A stretch of 51,929 nucleotides of DNA. Origin: Chiloscyllium plagiosum (lineage: Eukaryota). Positions 1-11,529 of this stretch are shown here, piece by piece. Position numbers and translations under genes: made by a program. The notes below the pieces were generated by a model that saw only the letters and a list, made by a program, of their open reading frames with translations, ran no database searches and was not told the origin of the DNA. Every line of letters begins with the position of its first letter. Position 1 is the first letter of the stretch. The stretch lies in assembly GCF_004010195.1 (NCBI RefSeq), contig NC_057718.1, positions 18,197,728 to 18,249,656 of the forward strand. The letters are read 5' to 3'.

Positions 1-221
1 CTCACAGTCCAAACATGTACAGGTTAGATGGATTGGCCATGTAAATTGTCCCTAGTGTCCAGGGATATATAGGTAACGTGGATTAGCCATAGGAAATGCG
101 GGATTACAGATCAGGGGGTGAGAGAGTGGGTGGAGCTGGGGTCTAGGTAGTTCTGTTCAGAGAGTCGGTGCAGACCCGATGGGCCAAATGGCCTGCTTCC
201 ACACTGTAGAGATTCTATGAC
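1..221 (+). mobile_element. HE1-type V-SINE, 3' part (cut by window start)
   Basis: Core 'cagtccaaacatgtacaggttagatggattggccatg' and tail 'gggccaaatggcctgcttccacactgtagagattctatga' match the copies at 17201 and 18497. Confidence 0.8.
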
Positions 222-1159
222 TTTCCTTTCTGGCAGCCACCATAAAACAGGGATAAAAACATCACCATAATTAGCATCTCAGCGACAAGAGGAGCAAAAT
301 ATAGTGGAGTGTCATTGTAGCATTGAGCTCCCTGTGAGTTTGGCTCTGCCGACCTGCCAAGCTATTGGCTGCTAGTTAGTGGCTGAGATGCAGCTCTGCC
401 CATCTGGTTTCTTGGTGCTATCTCACTCTGACATTCACTGATTATCTAAAGCTAGTAACCAGCCAGAAATAAAGTACTGTTCATGCACTGACAGAACAAT
501 GCAGGATCATGGTGTGGAGGCTTTTTGATGGCATGCAATGGTATTCTATTGGAATGATTTATGTTCTGATTCTGGGAGACCAGGCTTCCATGTGCAGGCT
601 CCCAACATTACATTAATAAATCCAACAGCCTTATCGCTAAATAGTAGTCCCTGTTTTTGTGTCTGACATTCAAGTTAAAGAGAGAGGTTTCCAATGAACT
701 CCTGGTTCTATCTATTGGATTCTGGATTCCTATGTCTGCGGTTGACCTTAGTTGTGTTAAACACCTTTGCTAACATGTTTTTCAGGTGATTATTATGTAT
801 TCAAAATAAAATGTGTCTTTGAAAAACACACTGAGACAAAACACAAAGTCCCACTTTTTCTAAAGATAAAATACTACCCCAAGCAAATACAAATAGTTGT
901 ACATAGAGGATGCTGTCAATTTGAAACTTAATGAATAGGTAAAACAGTTTACAAGATTAACAATCCAATTTTCAATGTCACGCTTTGGAAGTCCGACAAC
1001 TCATCCTGATCTGGTGATCATATATCCATCTGGAGAGGTACCTGTTGTTTTCTTGTTGCACTCAGTTGACTTTCTGCTGATTACCATCATTCAACAATAT
1101 TACACAATCACTATCCATGTTGGATAATACCGGAACTGGGCATGGCCCTGGCAGCTAAA

Positions 1160-1275
1160 AGGATCAAGGAGTGAAGAGAGAAAGCGGGAGTGGGATAGTG
1201 ACATTGCATGATCAGCCATGATCATATTGAATGGTAGTTCAGGCTTGAATGCCTGCTCGTGCATGTATTTTCGAT
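1160..1275 (+). mobile_element. CR1-clade LINE 3' tail fragment
   Basis: 'gatcagccatgatcatattgaatgg...aggcttgaa' recurs at about 19090 and 45105. Confidence 0.55.
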
Positions 1276-1479
1276 GTACTTCCTAACCCTCTTGATGCAT
1301 GACTGGTGTGCTATATGTTGCTCTGGCCTTGGTTCCTTCACAATGTGGCACTGTCATTAGTAGCCAGTTAATACGATCTGGGCTGGCTGCATTTTTCAGA
1401 AACCTTTGTTGGTATCGAAGTCTTTGTATTTGTTCTCAGAGCTTGTACTTTTCACTCATCTCTGTACCCTGCAGTCTGC

Positions 1480-2205
1480 ATGGGGAAGCAGTGACATAGT
1501 CACTAGAGCTGTAACCAAGAGAAGCCAAGGTAATGTTTGTGATATCAGTTTGAATCTCACAATGTCAGATGGTGGAAGCTGAGTTCAATAAAATTGAGAA
1601 TTGAAAGCTACCTTAATGGTGACCATGGGACTGCTTCACTAATGTCCTTTAGAAAAGGAAAATTTTCTGTCCTTACCTGGGTCCCGACACTCAACAATGT
1701 GGTTGACTTTTAACTGCCCTCTGAATCAGCCTAACAAGCCACTTATTTGAATCAAATTGCTGCAAAGTCTGATAAAAGGAATTATCAGATCGACCACTAA
1801 GCATTAATCAAAACACTGAACGTGCCAACAGCAAACAGAGCCCTGTTGACCCTGCAAAATCATCTTTACGAACATCTGGGGGCTAGAGTGAAAATTGGGA
1901 GACTAACTCTCAAACTAGTCAAGCAACAGCGTGATGTAGTTATACTGACTGAATCATACCTTACAATGTCCCAGATGCCACAATCACCCATTTCTGGATA
2001 TATCCTCTCCCACCAGCAGGACAGACCCAGCAGAGGTGATGGCACAATGGTTTACAGTTGTTGGGAGGAACTTGTCCGAAGAGTCCTCAACATTGCCTCC
2101 TGATCCCATTAAGTCTCATAGCATCAGGTTAAACATGGGCAAAGAAACCTCCTTCTATTTGCCTCCTACTGCTCCCTGCTCCTCAGTAGTCCTCCATGTT
2201 GAACA
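1480..2205 (+). mobile_element. Old LINE, 5' part: tRNA-like/SINE-like head followed by decayed AP endonuclease
   Basis: Translations 'LVKQQRDVVILTESYLT', 'ISGYILSHQQDRPSRGDGTMVY' and 'VVLHVEH' are APE-like; the head 1480-1725 matches the SINE at 47830-48350. Confidence 0.7.
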
Positions 2206-2280
2206 TGTCACTCCATTCCCCATTCTCGAAGAATTGTCACACACTTTTATGGCCAATCATTCTTCCAAAGTTAATGAGGC

Positions 2281-2508
2281 AGGCACAGAAAATGCTGGAG
2301 AAGCTCAGTAAGTCAGGCAGCATCTGCAGAGAGAGAAACAGAGTTATAGTCTTCAGAACGGAATAAGAAGAAAGATCTGAAGTGGAGTCATGTTAAACTC
2401 AAAACATTAATTTTCTTTCTTTCCCCATAGACGCTGCCAGACCTGCTGAGCTTCTCCAGCATTCACCCTATTTGTTTCAGATTTCCAGCATCCTCAGGAT
2501 TTTGCCTT
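2281..2508. mobile_element. Fold-back (palindromic) Penelope-derived non-autonomous element
   Basis: Arms 'aatgctggagaagctcagtaagtcaggcagcatct' and 'agacgctgccagacctgctgagcttctccagcatt' are inverted repeats; decayed hammerhead 'ctgaagtggagtcatgttaaactcaaaacatt' near the centre. Confidence 0.75.
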
Positions 2509-2794
2509 TTCTCCTGCATCATGTTTGATCTTATGACACCCTGCAATCCCACGCTTCTCACAATCGTCTGGATAAACTGATATTTATCTAGAAGAGAGTT
2601 TAGTAATGTAATTGGTACAGGGAAACTGCATTTCTGTGGTAGATGCTTTGGTTAATTAGCAATAAGACAGTTGGTACTGCCACTGCCTCCACTGACCCAC
2701 AGCTAGTTAATATTTTCTGAAACTGAGAAGACTTGGATTGCGAAATTTTCGGGAAAACTGAGAACATTTTCCAAAGCAGGTTTTCTCGAACACG

Positions 2795-3520
2795 ATGAAT
2801 AAGACGGCATCGGAGTGTAGCTCCTGAGCCAGACCTCATCTGCTCCGACCATTTTTCTTTTCATTTCTCTCTTCTTTATTTTTCTCTCTATACCGTTAGT
2901 TAGCTCTTGTCCTGAGCTCGGACAGTACTACCAGCGGTGAGAACCCAGAGCAGACCCAGTGCACGGACGTTGAGCAGGCCCAGCACGGAACTTGAGTGGG
3001 CCCTTAACTACGTTTCTGAGGTGAGTGCAGAACTTGACATTGGGATCGGCGGAGGCAATGTCGAGGAGGTAGGCTGAGTGGCGGATGATGGGGCATAAGC
3101 GTTGGCAACTTCGACGTTTGTTGGGTCCGGTGTAGATAGCGGCGAAGTGGTGGCAGAAGGGCATCATAGTGACATTGAAGTTGGCCAGAGGTGATAGAGG
3201 TGACTATGGTTGGTGCGTTGGCAGAGGAGAATCGGCCCAGCGGCAAAAGATGGCACCTGAAGATCAGCAACTTCATTAGTTGGGTCCAGTGTAGATGGTG
3301 AAGTGCTGGAAAAGGGGTAACAGTGCAGGCGTCATTGATGGTGATGAGCTGGCTCAGAATTGATGGACTCTCCTTAAGCTATATTGTTATGTTTCTCCCC
3401 CCTTATTCTTAAATTATTCAAACTGGTGCCAAATCTTGGCAACAAATGAAAGCTATCCCACTGTAGTTTATTGTATTCTTACTGTAAATTACACATGACA
3501 ATGAAATCATTCATTCATTA
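2795..3520 (+). mobile_element. CpG-rich non-autonomous retroposon with Rex1/L2-like tail
   Basis: Abrupt GC/CpG rise; internal repeat 'caacttc...gttgggtcc(g/a)gtgtagat' at about 3106 and 3268; tail 'cacatgacaatgaaatcattcattcatt' resembles the Rex1 tail at 11155. Confidence 0.5.
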
Positions 3521-3864
3521 GTTCTCCCAGTCTGTCATGGCTGTGGGAAGATAGATAAAAACAAAGCATGTATTCTCATGGGTTACTGAATTGTATTTTG
3601 CTTGGCCCCACGTCCTGCCTCCTCCGACAAGTTTATCGTTCAGTCTTAATGCTGCAGAGTGTGGAAATACCTGAGCAAACTTCACCAACACAACCATAGC
3701 CTCTCCTGATAGCTACCTCTCAAATTTTTCCTATAATGCGTGATGGCATCTTGATTTCGATTTTTGTCACAATAGAAACACATTGATTTTGTTTCTGAGC
3801 AAAGGGGAGTGAATTTTGCACTATCAGTATAAGCAAAACACAGCTTATACTGCAAATCCGAAAC

Positions 3865-4105
3865 CAAAACAGCAAATGATGAAGATAACAACAGCAGAAA
3901 TTGCTGGAGAAACTCAGCAGGTCTGGCAGCACCTGTGGAGAGAAAGCAGAGTCACTGTTTTGAGTCTGGTAACCATCTCAGTCCCTTAAACTGGACTCAA
4001 AATGAGAATGGTTTCTCTCCCCACAGATGCTGCCAGACCTGTTGAGTTTCTTCAGCAATTCCTGTTTTCGTTTCAGATCGTATGTCTGCAGTTCTTTGTT
4101 TTGTT
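3865..4105. mobile_element. Fold-back Penelope-derived element
   Basis: Inverted arms 'ttgctggagaaactcagcaggtctggcagcacctgtgg' / 'ccacagatgctgccagacctgttgagtttcttcagcaa'. Confidence 0.75.
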
Positions 4106-4309
4106 TAAATACTGAAAGTACTTTGATCAAGCAGCATCTGAGGAGAGAGAAATAGAGTTAATGACTTCAACCTTTGGCTCTACTTTCTTTCATTTTGAAC
4201 AGATGTGGCCAGATCTGCTGAGTATTCATGAGTATTTCCATTTTAATTTTAACCTAATGAAGCACATTTTCCACCATCTGGTTGGTAATGTACATTTAAT
4301 TCAAGTCTT

Positions 4310-4460
4310 GAAACCTCCAAGGGCGCTCAATCTTCCACACAGCTTTCTGGGGGATAGAGTTCCACATTCCCACTCTCCTCTGTGTGAAGGAATGCTTCCT
4401 GAAATCAGCACTGATTGGCCGAGATCTAATTTTAAACTGTGAACTTTTGTATTCCACCCC
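4310..4460 (-). mobile_element. CR1 LINE ORF2 C-terminal fragment
   Basis: 'FKIRSRPISADFRKHSFTQRRVGMWNSIPQKAV' is a CR1 ORF2 C-terminal motif. Confidence 0.65.
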
Positions 4461-4484
4461 ATCAAAGGTAATAGTGTCTAATCT

Positions 4485-5160
4485 AAGTGGCACTGTATGA
4501 CAGGTAGATAGGATAGTGAAGAAGACATTTGGTATGCTTTCTTTGATTGGTTAGACTATTGAGTACAGGAGTTGGGAGGTCATGTTGCGGCTGTACAGGA
4601 CATTGGTTAGGCCACTTTTGGAATACTGTGTACAATTCTGGTCTCCTTCCTATCGGAAAGATGATGCGAAACTTGAAAGGGTTCAGAAAAGATTTACAAG
4701 GATGTTGCCAGGGTTGGAGGATTTGAGCTTTAGGGAGAGGCTGAACAGGCTGGGGCTGTTTTCCCTGCCGGAGGCTGAGGAGTGACCTTATAGAGGTTTA
4801 CAAAATTATGAGGGGCATGGATAGGGTAAATAGGCAAAGTCATTTCCCTGTGGTGGGGTAGTCCAGTACTCGATGGCATAGGTTTAGGGTGAGAGGGGAA
4901 AGATATAAAAGAGAACTTTTCACGCAGAGGGTGGTACGTGTCTGGAATGAGCTGCCAGAGGAAGTGGTCGAGGCTGGTACAATTGCAACATTTAAGAGGC
5001 ATTTGGATGGGTATATGAATAGGAAGGATTTGGAGGGATATGGGCTGGGTGCTGGCAGGTGGGACTAGATTGGGTTTGGATATCTTGTCAGCAGGGACGG
5101 GTTGGACCAAAGGGTCTGTTTCCATGCTGTACATCTCTATGGCTCTATGACTCTATGACT
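4485..5160 (+). mobile_element. HER1/CR1 LINE, 5'-truncated, with (ctctatga)n tail
   Basis: 'LYRTLVRPLLEYCVQFWSP...LERVQKRFTRMLPGL...RLNRLGLFSL'; tail 'ctctatggctctatgactctatga'. Confidence 0.92.
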
Positions 5161-5259
5161 TAGCTCTGTTTTCTATACAGTCAATGTGTTGTATGATTCA
5201 ATGGCCTATTGTCCCTATGCTGGCTCTTTGAGGAGTTGTCTGATTTAGTCCCTCAGTCA

Positions 5260-5675
5260 GCTTGAAGGAATTACCATATGAGGAAACGTTGGACATGTTG
5301 GGTTTGTATGAAAAATGAGAGGGATCTTGTTGATGCATATAGGATCCTGAGAAGAGCTGAATGCTGAGAGTAGATTTCCATTTGTAGGATGGACTAGAAC
5401 AAGAACAATAACAAGAAATGTCTCAATTAAGAGTGATGAGAGGAATTTGTTATTCCTAATGGTTGGTGTCCTATGGAACTCTGTCTCTGGGAGAACAGTG
5501 AAAGCAGAGTCATTGAATACTTTTTAAAATTGAGTTGGAGAGATTCTATATTGACAGGAGAGTCAAAGGGTATTGGGGATAGACTGCACAGTGGAGTTGG
5601 GGTCACAATCACATCAGCCATGTTCTTATTAAATGGCAGAAGAGTGGCTCCTCTTCCAAATCATATGTTTGTATG
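5260..5675 (+). mobile_element. Older CR1 LINE 3' end
   Basis: Decayed 'YEETLDMLGLY', 'tatggaactct' and tail 'ctcctcttccaaatcatatgtttgtatg'. Confidence 0.65.
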
Positions 5676-5677
5676 AT

Positions 5678-7615
5678 AAACATCACAAGGAAGATACACT
5701 GAGGGTGACAAGGAGACCGCATTAACTCTGAATGGGAAACTTCAATGTCCATCATTACAATTTCTCAGTAGCAGCACTACTGACTGAGCTGGCTCAATCC
5801 GAAAGGACATAACCACCAGACTGGGGATGTGGCAATTGGCAAGGGAGCCATACTTGACCTCATACTCACTTTCTTCCTGTAACAGATGCATCTGTCCATG
5901 ACAATATAGGATAGGAGTCAAGGCCTCTCAGTCTTTGTGGAAGTGATATCCTATCTACACATTGAAGATACCCTTCATCATGTTTTGTAGCAGCATCACC
6001 TTGCAAAAAGGATATCAACGTTGGTCAATGAAGCGTGCAGGAGAGCACTCCAAGTGCAACACCAGGCCTGCCGAAAATTAAGGTGCCAACTTGGTGAAGG
6101 TATAACACAGGTCCACTTGCATGTCCAGCAGCAAAAGCAGCATGCAACGGAGAGTCAAGTAATTCCACAACCAATAGATCAAATCTAAGCTCCACAATCC
6201 TAACACATTCATGACTGTGTGGTGTTGAATGATAAAACAACGCACAGGAGGAGAAGGCTCCACAAATATCCTCATTCTGAATGATGGGAGAGATCAGTGA
6301 ATCAGTGCAAGAGACAATCTCCAGATAGAAATGACGAGTGGATGATTCATCTCAATCTCCTCCAGCAGCACAGAGCAGATCTAGCCTTCAGCTAATTCTT
6401 GATATCTCCAAATGATATCAAGAAATAGCTGGAGGCAAGGGACACTCCAAAGGCAATGGATCCTGACATTGACAATGTGACTGAAGACTCATAGTCCTGT
6501 CCATAGCTAAGTTGTTCCAATAGAGTTCTAATGCTGACTTTTACCCAACAGTGAGAAAAATTGCCTAACTATGTCCTTTCCCAAAAGGTAGAAGAAATTC
6601 AAGCCAGCGAATTACTGCCGATCAGTTAACTCTCAATCACTAATAAAGTGATGGAAGGTGTCATCAACAGTGTTGTCAAATGGCTTAGCAATTACCTGGT
6701 CAATGAAGCTCAGCCTGGGTTCAACCAGGGGCCACTCAACTCCTGACCTCAAATATGAATAAAAGGGTTTTACTGAAACGGAGAAGTGAAGGTTGCTAGC
6801 TTTTACTTCAAGACAGAATCAGACCGTGTGTAGCACCTACCAAAACAGGAGTCAATGAGAATCGGGAGAACACTCTCTTTGCTGGTTGGAGCCACTCTTA
6901 GCTGGTGTGCTTGATGGAGCTCAATCATCTCAGTCCCAGGACAAGTCTGCAGGAGGGCTTCAGGGTAGATATTTTACTAATCAATCTGTACAGAGATGTT
7001 ATTGTACATCTCCTGAGCAGGTGGGACTTGAATCCTTGCCTCCTACTTCAGAGGTAGGGTCCTTACCGCTGTGTCACAAGAGCCATTAGATCCTCAGGAT
7101 AGTACCTTAGGCCCAACCATTTTCACCTGTTTCATCAATTATCTTCCCTACATCATCAGGTCCAAAGTGGGGATGTTTGCTGATTGTGCAATATTTGACA
7201 TCCAGGACAAAGCAGCTGCTAGATTAGCATCCCATTCATCACCTTCAATATTCATTTCTTTCACCAATGCACGGAGACAATAGTCTCACCTTCAAGATGC
7301 ACTGCAACGACTACCAAGACTCCTTAGACAGCACCAACCAAAGCCAATACTTCTGCCAACCAGGTGGACAAATACAAATGATACATGGATACCTGCAGAT
7401 TCTGCATCTACACACCATCCTGACTTGGAAATACATTGCTGTCCCTTCAGTGTCACTGGGTCAAAATCCTGGGTCAAAACCCTCTCCCTATTGGCATTGT
7501 AAGCAATGTTCCCTCTGTATGGTTGTATGGACTACAGAGGTTCGAGAGGGTACACTCGCAAGGACTTTTAGCGATGAGTATTAAATGTTGGCCTTGCAAG
7601 TGAATGAATTAAAAA
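5678..7615 (+). mobile_element. Old LINE, remainder (end of APE, RT, 3' UTR); continues 1480-2205
   Basis: 'GNFNVHH', 'LDLIL', 'ANYCRSV', 'LGPTIFTCFINYLP...GMFAD' (RT motifs); tail 'aaatgttggccttgc...gaatgaattaaaaa'. Confidence 0.75.
6969..7090 (-). mobile_element. Short tRNA-derived SINE with about 11-bp TSD
   Basis: Minus strand reads 'ggctcttgtgacacagcggtaagg...ggattcaagtcccacc' (A/B boxes); flanked by cttcagggtag (6958-6968) and cctcaggatag (7092-7102). Confidence 0.7.
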
Positions 7616-8719
7616 TGAACCCCATTATTTGTTCTTTGCTTGGTTTTCTGGTTAATAGTCAATCACGGTTCAAACACCCTTTCGCTCACACAGGATTTTA
7701 TTAATTAGCATGTTAGAATTATTGTGCAGACTAATTACGTGTTAAGGGCAATTAATTTACTGATTTGCCATTGATTCAGTGAGCACTAAATTTTGTCAAC
7801 ACTCCTAAACTTTTCCTCGTGATTAAATACACCTGAACAGGATAATGCAGAACTCTCACCTTTGCTCTCCTGATTTACTTGCCAAGCAGGAATGAATGTG
7901 AAGATTCACAGCTTCTTCTCACTTGTACACCTGATGTTCAATTGTTGGAGGAACTTTGGCCCAAAGCTGCCAAAACCCATATCGTATACCTTATCATCTC
8001 CCAATTTCATCTCCATCACTCTTGTGACTGAGTGCCTGACCCTTGTCCCTCATGGACGCCTAGCCAGCCAAAACATCAAGATACCTTTCACAAAATTCAC
8101 CATCCTCACAAGACTCACATGGTTCTCGGTGGTTGAACAGGTCAAATCAAAAAACTCTCTTCATCCAGAAATGTTCTCATAGCCTTGTCTCACACACTAC
8201 GCTTTATGATTTGCTTCTACCTTAAGTCCCTTCCTTGGGCCTCTCACACCACTCACCTCCAATTTCCTCCAACCCCACACCACGTTTGTGACAGAGAACT
8301 TGGGCTGATTTCCTCATGTCATGTCTGGATGATGGAGACATTTTCAGTCTGTGGACCCCATTGTCACAATACTCATTTGAGGGGTGGCTGCTGGAATGGG
8401 TGTCTGATCGGGGCAGCGGCTGGAGTGAGGGAATGGGTGTGTGATTCATTGCAAGGTGATCTGCAGGGAGATGGCTGGTGAGGTCAAGGGGATGAAATGG
8501 AGGCTGAGTGATTCAGCTGGAGTGGCCAGAACCTGATTAACAGCACCATCTGATGCAACAGCCTCCAGGGGATAATCTTCCACCTCCAGATTATCTCAGA
8601 CCTGTCCAGTTATACTTTTAACATGTTACTGTCACAATGATTTGAACTCTCACTGAATACAAGACGTTTGACAGCATTTGATTGGACAGGAGTCCAAGAT
8701 TCAGTTGAATCACATAATC

Positions 8720-8965
8720 ACTGAATTGATACAGTGCATTCTGCCCATTGATCCTGCACCAGTTCCGGTACCCAGTGCCAATCTTCTGCCTTTTCCCCAT
8801 ATCCCTGCACACCATTTCTCCCTAAATAACCATCCAGTGCCCTCTGGAATGCTTCAACTGAACCTGCCTGTATTTTAAGCTGGTGCATTCCACACCCTAA
8901 CTACTCGCTGTGCCAAAAGACATTTACTCATAGCGCCTTTGCTTTGTTTGCACATTACTTTAATC
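8720..8965 (-). mobile_element. CR1 LINE 3' end fragment
   Basis: Reverse complement of CR1 end: 'cagcgagtagttagggtgtggaatgcacc', 'gggatatggggaaaaggcag'. Confidence 0.6.
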
Positions 8966-9894
8966 CTGAAGGTGAGATGAAACAATAGAATTGGATTTGT
9001 GGTGGATCAAGCTTCAGGATATACAATCTGTTTTCAATGTATTAGCACCATCATGAAGACTCCTTGAAAGATATCTCATCCCCAGGTTAAGTAGAACTTT
9101 CCAATTATAGGGCAGGCAATAAACGCTAGCCAGCCAGTGACACTCACGTTCCATGAATGAATGTACAAAACAAGTGATCAATGAATGAGAAACATGTAGC
9201 TTTAGATTCACAACTGTTTAAACATTACATACAGCAGGCGAGGTCACCTTCCTGGTGGATTTGGAATGAATTGATGCTGTTTATCCCCTTAAGAGCAGCT
9301 TTGTACAACTACTGCAGAGCAGTTATTGATAAGTGAGTTTGGATGGAGACAGTGAAGCAGAACCAGGTGTAGATGTCTGTTGGAGTGAGAGAGTTGGCAA
9401 TCTTTTAGAAGACTCTAAAGAGCACAGAGAGGAGGCTGGACTATACAATGAAAGATTAATGTTGCAAGATGGTACTTGTTGACCTGAGCTCCCCTCGACC
9501 AATTTGTCTTCGATCCAACTCAAAGTATGGCAGCAAAACCCTAATAAAAGGCCCCATCCCAAAAGCTAAACCTACTTTTGAGAGCTTGACTAAATTCCCT
9601 TACATAAGGCACTTCAATCAAGATACCTCTCTAAATTCCCTCCCTTACCCCTCACTCTCTCCTCACTTACCTCCTTCAATCCTTCAATCCCAACTCATTG
9701 ATCAAACCTTCTGTAAACTTCCTTAACTTCTCAGCAAACACTATCTGTTTTTGTCTTTGGTCTGAAATTCCTTGCAATCTTTTCCCATGTTCAAGACACC
9801 ACATAAATATAGATTTTGTTTGTTCCTCTTTCACTATTTGATTAACTATGACACAGATTAATTTCTAAAATGCATGTTTTGAGGGAACCAATGA

Positions 9895-10000
9895 TCCCAT
9901 TTGACATCAATGACTACACTTCGACAAGTACTTTTTCTGTTGTAATGTGTTTTGGAATCTAATGAAAGATGCTACATAAATGCAAGCTCACTCGTTTCCT
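9895..10000 (+). mobile_element. DeuSINE/SacSINE1-like 3' tail
   Basis: 'gactacacttcgacaagtact...tgaaagatgctacataaatgcaag' is shared with the other fragments at 35920, 46010, 48905 and 51110. Confidence 0.5.
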
Positions 10001-10084
10001 TCTTTACAGTTCTTCAAGGGAGAGAACAAAATGAAACATTAGCTTTGAAGAGATGTAATACCCAAAATAGTCAACAGTGATGAA

Positions 10085-10362
10085 CTTCCAGCTCAGCACT
10101 GTACCCATGACTTGTCCGGACTTGTCCTACCTGCCTATCTCCTTTTCCACCTATCCACTCCACCCTCTCCTCCCTGGCCTATCACCTTCATCCCCTCTCC
10201 CACATCCCCATTGTACTCTATGCTACTTTCTCCCCACCCCCACCCTCCTCTCGCTTATTTCTCCACGCTTCAGGCTCACTGCCTTTATTCCTGATGAAGG
10301 GCTTTTGCCCAAAACGTCAATTTCGAAGCTCCTTGGATGCTGCCTGAACTGCTGTGCTCTTC
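10085..10362 (+). mobile_element. Penelope-like element 3' pLTR fragment
   Basis: C-rich tract similar to 21190-21540 and 50520-50860; ends in a hammerhead motif then 'ggatgctgcctgaactgctgtg'. Confidence 0.8.
10291..10318 (+). ncRNA. Minimal hammerhead ribozyme motif, mutated (GAAA to AAAA)
   Basis: CUGAUGA-A-GGGC-UUUU-GCCC-aAAACGUC. Confidence 0.65.
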
Positions 10363-10664
10363 TAATCCAGAAAGTGATGTATAATGTTGAGCTACAAATA
10401 AAAAGGAACAGGCCTTTAAAGCATGGACTTGCTCTTCAGGTTGGGAACATGATGTAAGGTTAGCTGATGGTGGAGGGTCACAGCCTGGTCCTGAGTGGTG
10501 GGAAGTCACCTGACAGTGATTACTATAGATTGACCAATTAGTGTTCAGAGGCTAGGCTCACCCTTCAGTTAAGGTGGACTGTAAAATTTGGAGAAAGATC
10601 CTCCACATTAAAGAGACAGCAAGGGTCCATTCTCAGGTCAGGGCGAGAACAGCAGGTGCCTTCT

Positions 10665-10800
10665 CATTAACATTTTATTCACTCAAGGCACAGGGGAATT
10701 GCTGGCTGGGCCAGCATTTCTTGCCCCTCTCTAGTTGCCCGTGAGAAGATGTGAGTTGCATTCTTGAACAGTTCCAGTTCATGCTCTGTAGGTAGACGCA
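10665..10800 (-). mobile_element. 3' tail of the tRNA-headed LINE/SINE family
   Basis: 'ctggctgggccagcatttcttgcccctctctagttgccc' matches 47865-47902. Confidence 0.6.
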
Positions 10801-11195
10801 CATCAACCTTCTAACCTTCTATCCATTGACTCCATCTACACTTCTTGCAGCATTGGAAAAGCAGCCAGCATCGTCAAAGAACCCTCCCACCCACGTCCAA
10901 GCTCTTCCATCAGGCAGAAGACACAGACGCTTAAACTCACAAACCATCAGGTTCAAGAACAGCTTCTTCCCTGCTGCCTTTAAACTTCTGAATGGACCCC
11001 TCAAATTTAAAATCTAGAGTTCATCTTGCTTTTTGTGCATCTTCTTTGCTGCCATAACTATGTATTCCTTGCTCTATTCTATCACCCTCTGATGTTTGAA
11101 TGGTATGATCTGCCTGTAATGAACACAAAACAAAACTTTTCACCATACTTAGGTACACATGGCAATAATAAATCAAGTCAATTCAAATCAAATCA
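10800..11195 (+). mobile_element. Rex1/Babar LINE 3' end
   Basis: 'LPSGRRHRRLNSQTIRFKNSFFPAAFKLLN'; tail 'ggtacacatggcaataataaatcaagtcaattcaaatcaaatca'. Confidence 0.85.
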
Positions 11196-11529
11196 GCTCA
11201 TCAACTCCAGAAGAAAAGATCAGCATGGATTGTTTGAGATCTAATCATGGATACTCCCAGCACTCAGAGAGTCTATTGTGTCCATTGCGTTTTGTGCTAG
11301 CTCTGTGAGAAAAGTTGTCAAGGATTGTCACACTTCAAAGTTATTCTAAGAGAAGTCAAGGCCATACACAAAGTTCAGGCAGAGATTTCCATTGTAATTC
11401 CAATGGGAAACAGTCTACAGGATTTGATTGTTTCCCAATGCTTCACTGGGATTGTGCACTTGAAAATCAAGCCCAGTTTTCCCAGGGTTATTAAAGATGT
11501 TTAAAAGTTTACAGAATTCCCCATATAGC

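Noticed and set aside
4730..5134. Recurring 'MYSMETDP...' ORF (also 51624-51854) as a gene family
   Set aside because: It is the antisense frame of the HER1/CR1 3' end.
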